64,000 nt of DNA, taken from Bacteroidaceae bacterium. Lineage in GTDB: Bacteria; Bacillota; Clostridia; Lachnospirales; Lachnospiraceae. Every line of letters starts with the position of its first letter. The first letter of the stretch is position 1. The stretch covers positions 1,482 to 65,481 of the forward strand of contig CAVFXN010000003.1 in the NCBI GenBank assembly GCA_963626755.1. Direction: 5' to 3'. This document shows, piece by piece, positions 1-8,400 of this stretch. Under the pieces are notes generated by a model. That model saw only the letters and a program-made list of their open reading frames with translations, did not search any database and was not told where the DNA came from. The translations under genes and the position numbers were made by a program.

Positions 1-776
1 AGGAACAATTTTCTTATGATAACAAATACGGTCATAAAAAACGAAGCAATGGTCAGGAAAATCCCCATCCAGGAGGCGAGTGCCAGCGGAACATGGGAAA
101 AGTTCACAATACCGTCCAGGCTGTATTTAAACAGCTTCCAGAAATTCCATTTCGTCTCACCGGCGACCCTTTCCACATTTTCAAAAGGCAGCCAGTAGGT
201 ACGGTACCCGATCCATCCAAAGATTCCCTTCGAAAAGCGATTATATTCGCTCATAGTTACAATGGCATCTACCATATCTTTTTTCATCAGGCGAAAATCC
301 CTGGCTCCGTCTACGACATCCGCATCGGAGATATGGTTCATGATTTTATAGAATATTCTGGCAAACAGGGAGCGGATCGGCGGTTCCCCCTTACGGGTCA
401 CCCTCCTTGTCGCCACACTGTCATATTCCCCCGTTTCCAATATGGCAATCATCTTTGGCAGGAGGGATGGCGGGTCTTGCAGATCGGCATCCATGACTGC
501 GACATATTCGCCAGAGGCATTACAAAATCCGGCATACATGGCGGCTTCTTTCCCGAAATTCCGGGAGAACGAAAGATATTTCACCCGCCCATCTTTTTGG
601 GCCAGGGCTTTCAGCTCTTCTAAGGTCTGGTCCGAAGAACCGTCATTCACGAACAAAAATTCCAGCTCATACTCCGAGATCTGCCCTGCCACCTTGCACA
701 CTTCTTTATAAAAACAGGGCAGTGCTTCCTGCTCATTATAACAGGGAACAATCAGTGATATTTTTTTCTTTAACAT
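1..776 (-). CDS. GT2 polyprenyl-phosphate glycosyltransferase (GtrB/CsbB-like), 3' end runs off the window
   Basis: Manual minus-strand translation from ATG at 776: MLKKKISLIVPCYNEQEALP...FVNDGSSD...FSRNFGKEAAMYAG...MDADLQDPP, then a hydrophobic C-terminal segment. Not in the ORF track because there is no stop in the window. Confidence 0.9.
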   Translation of the reverse strand, partial: MLKKKISLIVPCYNEQEALPCFYKEVCKVAGQISEYELEFLFVNDGSSDQTLEELKALAQKDGRVKYLSFSRNFGKEAAMYAGFCNASGEYVAVMDADLQDPPSLLPKMIAILETGEYDSVATRRVTRKGEPPIRSLFARIFYKIMNHISDADVVDGARDFRLMKKDMVDAIVTMSEYNRFSKGIFGWIGYRTYWLPFENVERVAGETKWNFWKLFKYSLDGIVNFSHVPLALASWMGIFLTIASFFMTVFVIIRKLF

Positions 777-807
777 AACAAAAACCTTCCCTTCCTTTAC
801 GATTCCT

Positions 808-1836
808 TTAATATAAATAGCGCATCCATCGGAAATGCCTGTATTCTGAAAGCCTGAGGATGGCCACGGAACATGCAACCGTAAGCGCGGCAACCACAAG
901 ATATTCCTCAAGGGAATTCCATTTTCCCTCAGACAGCATCCCATAAATTTCTTCCAGATAAAATCCGACCAGATACTGTAGGCCAAAAATCAATGTGGAC
1001 AGCTTTCTCGCTTTTTTGGCCTGCAATCCCCTGCATTCCTTTCCGGCCATAAAGCAGACGGACAAAAACAGACACGTAGCGGCCGGCACGATCGTAAAGA
1101 TCATATCCCGGTCGCTCCATCCTGTAATTTTCACGGTTATGGCTGTTTCCGCAGCCATCAATCCCCAAAAAAACAACATCCATTTCTTATATCCATGCTT
1201 CATGACATCAAAGGCATGTTTTTTCAGAAGATATCCCAGGGCAACAAAGGGCAGTCCAAAAAACAGGCCGTTCCTGGTGGTCTCAAAATACGAATAATAT
1301 AATTTCAGCACCGGACGCAGCGCGGAAATGTGGTATAAAAGACTGCGGTATGCGTTTCCCATCACCCCGATCCCATAAAGGATACCCGACAGCAGGAGGA
1401 GTTTTCCATCATCCATTTTCAAAATATTGACGATCACATACAAAAACACCACAGCAGCGATTAACCCGGTAAAAAACCACAGCTGAATGTAGGAACCTTT
1501 CAGAAAAAACCGCCGGACAAACTCTCCCGGCCCGCTTACCCAGGAATCTCTGACCACCTGTGGAAGATACAATATCGTATAGATGACATACATTCGCACA
1601 AGATGGCAGGTATAATTCCACACCTGTTTCCGATCTCTGATCTTCTTTTCCAGAAAAAATCCGGCAGCCAGGAAAAAAAAGGGAACGGCGAGACGGCACA
1701 TGACATTTTTTATCAAAAAGGAAACGGTGGCATTCACATCCTCAAACGGAGGAAAATGAATGGCCACTACAACCAGTGCACTGAAAAATTTACAAAAATC
1801 AATGGCCTGCCATTCTGTCTTCTCACTCAGCCTCAT
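808..1836 (-). CDS. Acyltransferase family 3 (OafA-like membrane O-acyltransferase)
   Basis: Polytopic membrane protein with IDFCKFFSALVVVAIH, RLAVPFFFLAAGFFL and QLWF motifs typical of Acyl_transf_3. Confidence 0.8.
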   Translation of the reverse strand: MRLSEKTEWQAIDFCKFFSALVVVAIHFPPFEDVNATVSFLIKNVMCRLAVPFFFLAAGFFLEKKIRDRKQVWNYTCHLVRMYVIYTILYLPQVVRDSWVSGPGEFVRRFFLKGSYIQLWFFTGLIAAVVFLYVIVNILKMDDGKLLLLSGILYGIGVMGNAYRSLLYHISALRPVLKLYYSYFETTRNGLFFGLPFVALGYLLKKHAFDVMKHGYKKWMLFFWGLMAAETAITVKITGWSDRDMIFTIVPAATCLFLSVCFMAGKECRGLQAKKARKLSTLIFGLQYLVGFYLEEIYGMLSEGKWNSLEEYLVVAALTVACSVAILRLSEYRHFRWMRYLY

Positions 1837-1846
1837 GTTTTTCTCC

Positions 1847-3430
1847 TCACCATTGAATCCTGCCTTCCATCATCAGCAGCTGCTGACCGATCCGGGAAAG
1901 TTCTCCCAAAACGGCCCGCCTTCCCGTCTCGCTCTGATACCAGGTTTCCCTGGTGATCCCGTCAATCGCTGTCGGGTGTACCAAAATCTCTACCTGGGGA
2001 AAAACCATGGCATAATAAAGAAATGCCCTTCTGGCATGGTGCGCCTTGCAGCAAAGGATCGCTTTTTTTACCGCAATCCCTTTCGCTTCCAGGAGGCTTC
2101 TTGTCTTCTCTGCATTCTCTAATGTGTAAGTTGCCTCCCTTTCTTTGAGCACCGCTGATTCCGGGACTCCATTTTGCAAAAGGACTTGCGCAAGGAAATC
2201 TGCCTCACAGGTAAATTCTTCCCCGTAGGTTCTCCCTTCCGGCGACACCCCCTGAAAAGATCCCTCATTCTTCGAATAACCTCCGGACGGAACCAGGAGG
2301 GGTGCATAACCCTGATGGTAAAGCTTCGCCGCCTCCTGTGTATGTTCCGGCCGGTTACAGCCCGGAATAAAGATGACATCCGCTTTTTGAGGCGCATCCT
2401 CCAAAAAAATATATTCTGTAATATCTCTGATCTGTTGCTCACTCAATGGGTACATTCCTGTATCTTCCTTCTCTTTCTGAGGCCCTGCCTTCCCATTACG
2501 ATTCTGTGACTTCTTACGGATTCCAGCCCGGAGCTCTTTTTCTTTTTCCCGGCGCATTCTTTTCACATTCGGCCGTAAAATCCGGATAAGCATATGGTAA
2601 TTTCTCTTGTTTTCCAGAAAATAATTAACCTCTGCCCCATAAAAGACCATGGACATACAAAAATACAGCCACAGAATTAAGATCATAATGCCTGCCACGC
2701 TTCCGTAAATATACGAGAAATTCCCAAAATGATCCACATAGACGGAACAGCCCGCAGAGACGACCAGCCATCCAATAGTAGCAATCAATGCCCCCGGAAG
2801 CTGCCGGACGAAACTGCTCTTTCTGTTGGGAATCCACTTATATATGATCATAAAAAGAAGGGTAAGGAAAACAAGGGAAAAGAGGATCCTCTTATTCATA
2901 AAATCATCCATGACAGAACTGAGCAGAGGTAATTTCAGACGGACATGGCGATATAAACTGTTTCCAAACACCCAGAGTACCAGCATGATACTGATCATAA
3001 CGGTAAACAATAAGGTATATCCCAGACTGAAAAAACGAATCACAAAATAATTTCTATTTTCGTCAATATCATACACCGAATTCAATCCGATGACAATAGA
3101 ATAAATCCCCCGGGAAGCGGACCATAAGGCTGCGATGATCGAAATGGCAGATACGGTTGTTGCCGTTTTACTGTAAATCTCGTTTACCAGACTGGTGATC
3201 AGTGAGCTTTCCTCAAACGATATGGTTTTTGTCAATATGAAAATAAGGTCATCTTTCGAAAAAGGAATATATTTCGTTAACGTCAGCAAAAAGATCATAA
3301 ATGGAAAAAGAGAGAGCAAAATAAAAAATGCGGACATAGCACCAAAGGCTCCCACATGATCATCATTGCATTTTTTCAAAAAATCCATAACTAACTGGTA
3401 TAAATTCTTTCCTCGTTTTATCCCCGGCAT
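1847..3430 (-). CDS. YihY/BrkB membrane protein fused in frame to a DUF218 (YdcF/ElyC-like) domain
   Basis: N-part has AFFILLSLFPF, WSASRG and YGSVAGIMILILWLY..GAE (YihY). C-part has ADVIFIPG, LVPSGG, EADFL, EREATYTLENA and HHARRA (DUF218). Confidence 0.8.
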   Translation of the reverse strand: MPGIKRGKNLYQLVMDFLKKCNDDHVGAFGAMSAFFILLSLFPFMIFLLTLTKYIPFSKDDLIFILTKTISFEESSLITSLVNEIYSKTATTVSAISIIAALWSASRGIYSIVIGLNSVYDIDENRNYFVIRFFSLGYTLLFTVMISIMLVLWVFGNSLYRHVRLKLPLLSSVMDDFMNKRILFSLVFLTLLFMIIYKWIPNRKSSFVRQLPGALIATIGWLVVSAGCSVYVDHFGNFSYIYGSVAGIMILILWLYFCMSMVFYGAEVNYFLENKRNYHMLIRILRPNVKRMRREKEKELRAGIRKKSQNRNGKAGPQKEKEDTGMYPLSEQQIRDITEYIFLEDAPQKADVIFIPGCNRPEHTQEAAKLYHQGYAPLLVPSGGYSKNEGSFQGVSPEGRTYGEEFTCEADFLAQVLLQNGVPESAVLKEREATYTLENAEKTRSLLEAKGIAVKKAILCCKAHHARRAFLYYAMVFPQVEILVHPTAIDGITRETWYQSETGRRAVLGELSRIGQQLLMMEGRIQW

Positions 3431-3467
3431 ACCTTCCCATCCTCATTCCTTCTTTTGTCACGCGAGT

Positions 3468-3550
3468 GTGCATCCTCTTTGCAGCAGTGCGGTTACGCTG
3501 GAAAGTCTTGTATTTATAAGAGCGACGTGCATCCTCTTTGCAGCAGTGCG
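3468..3550. repeat. Two exact 24-bp direct repeats (GTGCATCCTCTTTGCAGCAGTGCG) 35 bp apart
   Basis: Copies at 3468-3491 and 3527-3550. Confidence 0.9.
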
Positions 3551-3556
3551 CGATAT

Positions 3557-3587
3557 AAAAAAGCCGTCTCACAAATATGAGACGGCT
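3557..3587 (-). terminator. Intrinsic terminator of 6S RNA
   Basis: 10-bp stem AGCCGTCTCA/TGAGACGGCT (3562-3587) followed on the minus strand by a T run. Confidence 0.85.
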
Positions 3588-3594
3588 ATGAAAA

Positions 3595-3778
3595 CTTACA
3601 CCCAAAATGCCGTAGCCTGCAATTTTGAGTCCTAGCCATAGCTAGGTGGGTAACTTCAATTAAACTTCTGACTTCCCCCTTCCAGGGAGGCCTGCCATCC
3701 ACTCAATGATTTAGTTTCCCGAGTTCAAAAATGTAGGTTCAAAATAGCAGGGAGTCTCGAACACCTCAGGTTATTTCT
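3595..3778 (-). ncRNA. ssrS: 6S RNA
   Basis: Minus strand reads CCTGAGGTGTTCG...TTTTGAACC...ACCCACCT...CTCAAAA...ACGGCATTTTGGG. The ends are complementary as in Firmicutes 6S, length is about 185 nt, and it has its own promoter and terminator. Ends are approximate. Confidence 0.8.
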
Positions 3779-3784
3779 ATACAT

Positions 3785-3813
3785 ACTATAGCGTAATTAC
3801 CTCAAAATTTCAA
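3785..3813 (-). promoter_or_regulatory. Sigma-A promoter of ssrS
   Basis: TTGAAA-N17-TATAGT on the minus strand. Confidence 0.75.
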
Positions 3814-3870
3814 GTCTAATTTACCCAAAACACCCTGTATAATATCAGTCAGAAATAAAGGAAATGTCTT

Positions 3871-4461
3871 TTAATCCAGATAAAGTTTCCCGTTTTTTAC
3901 ATGATAATCTCTGTTTTTATGACGTAAAAGCCGGGTTTTCATGTAATGCAGGAAATATTTTTCCCCTTTGTTTTGCAGCATCGTCAGCAGATACCTTGCA
4001 AGATAATCCGACTCTTCATGGATCAACATCATATTTTTTCCGTTGACATAATATTCCAGCGGGCATCCATCGTGATAGTTTTCTTTCAGATAGTTTTTGC
4101 TGGCACTCATCCGGTCGATCACCATCTCAGCCACATACTTTTTCGGCATCTTCATGCCTACCAGCTTGCCACTACCGGAATCGCAGCCGGGATCGCAGCT
4201 ATAGTCCATCCAGTATTCAAAATGATGGGGATTCCTTCCTTTGTGATGGAGCCATCCCCGTGAACACTGCTTCAGCTCTTTTTCCCGGTTGATCGGGCTC
4301 CGGTCTCCCTGGTAGTAAATGATGCCCGGAATAAACTCGATCGGGCTGTATTTTGACAGGTCATGTAAAAGTCCCTGTTTGTAAAGTCCTACCTGAAAAC
4401 AGGTTTTCATTACCAGCATCTTATGATAGGTTATCGTTTTTAAATGTCCCATGAAATCCAT
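3871..4461 (-). CDS. DUF5662 family protein (HD-like)
   Basis: HDLSKYSPIEF, WLHHKGRNPHHFEYW and EMVIDR motifs. Confidence 0.75.
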   Translation of the reverse strand: MDFMGHLKTITYHKMLVMKTCFQVGLYKQGLLHDLSKYSPIEFIPGIIYYQGDRSPINREKELKQCSRGWLHHKGRNPHHFEYWMDYSCDPGCDSGSGKLVGMKMPKKYVAEMVIDRMSASKNYLKENYHDGCPLEYYVNGKNMMLIHEESDYLARYLLTMLQNKGEKYFLHYMKTRLLRHKNRDYHVKNGKLYLD

Positions 4462-4494
4462 TGCTATTCCTCCTGTTACTTTCTGTGATGTATT

Positions 4495-5469
4495 TCATTC
4501 TCTCCCATTATCTTCTTCTTTTTCCTGAAAATTAACCGTACTCCGGATGAGATATTCCGGTCGGTTTCTGACTTCCGAAAGAATCACTGCCAGGTATTCC
4601 CCGATAATTCCCAGAAGGAAAAAAAGAATGGTAAACATAAAACAGATCACTACAATGGTTGTTGTGTAGCCCCCAGGTGCGCCGGTATGTATTTTCGTAT
4701 AAATACTGTAAATGATCAGCAAGATACAGACAATCCCTGCCCCGCTGCCGCAATACGATGCGATCTTCAGGGGCATATTGGAATAGCTGAGTACTGCCTG
4801 TACGGAAAAATGCATCAGGAGACGTAAATTATATTTACTTTTTCCCGCGGCCCGCCTGTTGGCTTCGTATTCAATTTCTGTCTTGCGAAATCCGATATTT
4901 TGAATGTATGCCCGCATAAAACGGTGGGTCTCCCGGAAATGTTTCCGAAGAACCTCGGCCGGTTTTCGGGACACAGCAAAAAAATCAGAAGCATTTTCAT
5001 CAAAATGGATTTCCGAAACACCGTTTAAAATTTTATAAAATAATTTTGAAGTGACATTTTTCATCCATCCGGCATCCTGATTGGACGTACGGATCATTGT
5101 GATGACTTCGTATCCGTCACATAACGCCTGAACGATCTGCGGGATACATTCCACCGGATGCTGAAGATCCGCATCCATACAGATGATTCCATCCCCACTG
5201 CTGTAGTCCACCCCGGCGAGCATGGCGGCTTCATGTCCGTAATTACGGGAAAAATGAATGACCTTCACCTGTTTTGACTCCATGGCCAGCCGCTCTAAAA
5301 TGCCGGCGGACGCATCACGGCTCCCATCATTCACGAACAAAAGCTCATACTCACATCCCAGTGTCTCCAGCACCGGGCGAATGGCCCGGTAAAATTGGTC
5401 CAGTACGGCTTCCTCATTGTAGACAGAGACTACAATCGATATTTTTCTTATTCTTCCCATCGGCTCCAT
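4495..5469 (-). CDS. GT2 polyprenyl-phosphate glycosyltransferase (GtrB/CsbB-like)
   Basis: SIVVSVYNEE, VNDGSRD, FSRNYGHEAAMLAG and MDADLQHP motifs; two C-terminal TM helices. Confidence 0.9.
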   Translation of the reverse strand: MEPMGRIRKISIVVSVYNEEAVLDQFYRAIRPVLETLGCEYELLFVNDGSRDASAGILERLAMESKQVKVIHFSRNYGHEAAMLAGVDYSSGDGIICMDADLQHPVECIPQIVQALCDGYEVITMIRTSNQDAGWMKNVTSKLFYKILNGVSEIHFDENASDFFAVSRKPAEVLRKHFRETHRFMRAYIQNIGFRKTEIEYEANRRAAGKSKYNLRLLMHFSVQAVLSYSNMPLKIASYCGSGAGIVCILLIIYSIYTKIHTGAPGGYTTTIVVICFMFTILFFLLGIIGEYLAVILSEVRNRPEYLIRSTVNFQEKEEDNGRE

Positions 5470-5499
5470 CAGCGCATTCCTTCTCTCTTTTTGTGGGTC

Positions 5500-8400
5500 C
5501 TATTTGTTTGAAACGAGATAATCTACCACTCTCTGAGAAGATTTCCCATCACAGTATGTCAGATATTTTTTCCGGAATGCTTCTTCTTTGGAGAAATCAT
5601 ACCGGTCTATTCTCCCAAGTTCTTTTGCGAGCCCTTCTTCACTGTCTATGACAGGCCCTACGAGAACATCCTCGATCGGACAGATGGTTTTTCGGTCTTT
5701 CAGATAGGTATCGGCATCATAGCTCGTCATAAATACCGGTTTTTTCGCAATCGTGGCCTCGAAAAAGGTATCCCGGTAATCGCCGACCACAATATCGGCC
5801 GCACAGACTGCCTCCCTCAAAAACAGATCCGGGGTAATATTTTGGGCAAAACCTTTGATCGTCAGAGGCTGGACTACTTCCAGATCCATCATCGGAATAT
5901 GACTGATCACGGCATAACCGTCTCCCAACAGCTCTTTCAACCGGTTGAGATTCAGGAATTCCTTATAATTGGTCTGTTTCGTCCGGTAGCGAACGGACGG
6001 AATATATAAAATAACCGTTCTTCCCTTTGCCTCCGGGAAAGCTTTCCAGAGTTTTTCCCGGCAGCTCTGTACAAGCGTTGGGTTAAAATAGATATCTGTC
6101 TGACAATTTCCCCTGATCCGGAAAGAATTTTCCCTCTTAATATCGTACCGTTCTGCCAGTGCAGAAATCAGGTAATCCGAACTGATCTGTACCTGGGAAA
6201 TGTCTACCCGGTTGGTCGCCTGCTCATATTCTTTTTGTTTCTTGGACATACGCGGAGTGTCGTGTTTCCCATAAATATACGGAAAAGCAGATTCGCCCAG
6301 AACAATGATCTGGGTCTCCTCCCGAAGCTTTAACATCGAAAGATAGATGAGTGGTTTCAAGGATAAAATAAACCGGGCAGAGGCAATTTCTGCCAGCAGA
6401 TGCTCATGATCTTCCGATTCTCCCACTCCAATCTGTCTGACCTGGAAATCTTTTTGCTGTTCCAGAATCTGATTTAACATATAAAATCCCGTATAGCTGA
6501 GTTCTTTTTCATCTGCCATCAGGAGGATCTTGTTTTCCACCGGATATTTTTCTGCCAGCTGGTTATATATCTCCTGCTTTTTGATCTGCCCTTTGATATA
6601 TTTCTTCGTTTCTGCAGCATACATTTCATTTTTCTTTATCGTGGAATCCGGAAGCAGGTATCCGGTATTTTGCCGGTCTGACTCCCGAAGCTGATACATC
6701 TTCCGGTATTCTTCCTGTACAGGCTGGAAGGCGCGGGCAACCGAGATTCTCGTACTTCTGGTCAGGTGACCCCGCTGTACTTTTTCCCGCATCTTCTGTA
6801 AGTCCGCTTCGGTAAATGCCGGGGCAAATTCCTGTTTGGCCCCGTAAATGGAAACCGAGTCAATGAGCGGTGCGAGAACATGGACGAACATCTCGTCTTC
6901 CTGATATTCCTGATAGTAGTCTAAAATAAAGTTATAAAGTTCCCGGTCGGTCCGGTCACGGTCTGTCAATTCCAACGATTCATAATCCCCGGCAAACTGT
7001 ACCAGGTATTTTTCCATATCTTCAAATAATTCCTCATCACAGATAATCGGTTCGATGACCGGCTCATATTTCCCGTTGACTTCCTGATAGCCCTCGATGC
7101 TCTTATATGGCATGTTGGCAAAGATTGCTTCAATAAAGATCTGTGAGGAGCTGTTGGTTGTAAAGTTATAGCGGATATTGTCCTCGTTCGATGGCAGGAT
7201 TGTACGTGAATAGTAGAAGTAGGATTTCACGTCTTCCCCGGCGATCGTCTTCCAGATTGACGTAAAGCTTTCCTGCGTATATCCCCTTCCCCAGTATTCT
7301 ACCATGGCAAACTTTTCGTTTGGATCAATTTCCTGTTCCAGGTATCCGCCAACAGGAATCCTTAATTTCTTTGCCTCTTCTAAAAGCACCTCACGGTACG
7401 CCTCCGAATTCTTAATGATTTCGATCAGTTTTTCCCGCTCTTCCAGGCTGATCTCCCCGCTCTGTTTCAAATAAGCTAATTTCGGGAAAAGCTCCATAAA
7501 CTGCTCTTCCGTAATGGACATCGCTTTGAGAAGCTTTTTATAACTGTCCACCCCGGAAAAATTCCCGTAATTTAACCAGAAGCCTTCGTCAATTTCATTG
7601 ACGCAGGACGGAATCCTCCAGGTTCTGCGGGAGGCATAAATATACTTCGTCCTGATCGGAAGGTTTCTTTTTTCGATGATCACATCGGCAATCTTTTTTA
7701 AGAAATGTCCGTCCCGGGAGATAAAATATAAGGTCTCATATCCCCGCTGCACGGCATCCCTGAGCACCCAGCTGATATAAGGGACAAAGCATAATGACAC
7801 GTAATTATAGGTGAATTTTTCCTTGGCAAAGATATGTTTTGCACGGAATCTCGCCATCAGGGCTGCGACCAGATATGAATCGTATGTGCCCAGCTTGGAA
7901 ACCAGCATGTTCTCATATTCGTTAAATTCCGGTTTCGCAACCTGCCTTGCCACGATCCCCAGCCTTCTCGGCATAGTAACATCCGGCAGCCTGGTGTCCC
8001 CAAAATGGATCCATTTCCCGAAATCGTAAAATGGATGAAAGCTTTTATAGACTTCCATAAAGAGCTTTTTCGTTGTTTTCTGCACACCGTATTCCGAGGA
8101 CAAAAACAGCGGAAGCTTCGCAAGGGCCGGATCTGCCTTTTCCAGCATAGCTGTAACCACTTCTGTCGGGAGATACATGTCGCTGATCAGGACCACGGTC
8201 TCGTTCCGGGCGATAAGGTCTTTGACCTTCTGGATATTTTCTTCCAGCGGAATCGAATTATCCAATTCTTCCTGCTTCTCCGTTTCCATCAAAAACGAAG
8301 CCTGTTCGTCCGTCAGCCCATAAATCCACTGCAGCTTATCAAAAATATCTTTCATGTAGATTTCGCGGCGTTCGGAATGACGGGTCTCCATCGTTTTATG

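Noticed and set aside
16..711. Plus-strand ORFs at the left edge
   Set aside because: The real gene is the minus-strand GT2 that the ORF track omitted.
3468..3550. Mini CRISPR array (24-bp repeat, 35-bp spacer)
   Set aside because: Only two repeats, no leader and no cas genes in the window; kept as a direct repeat.
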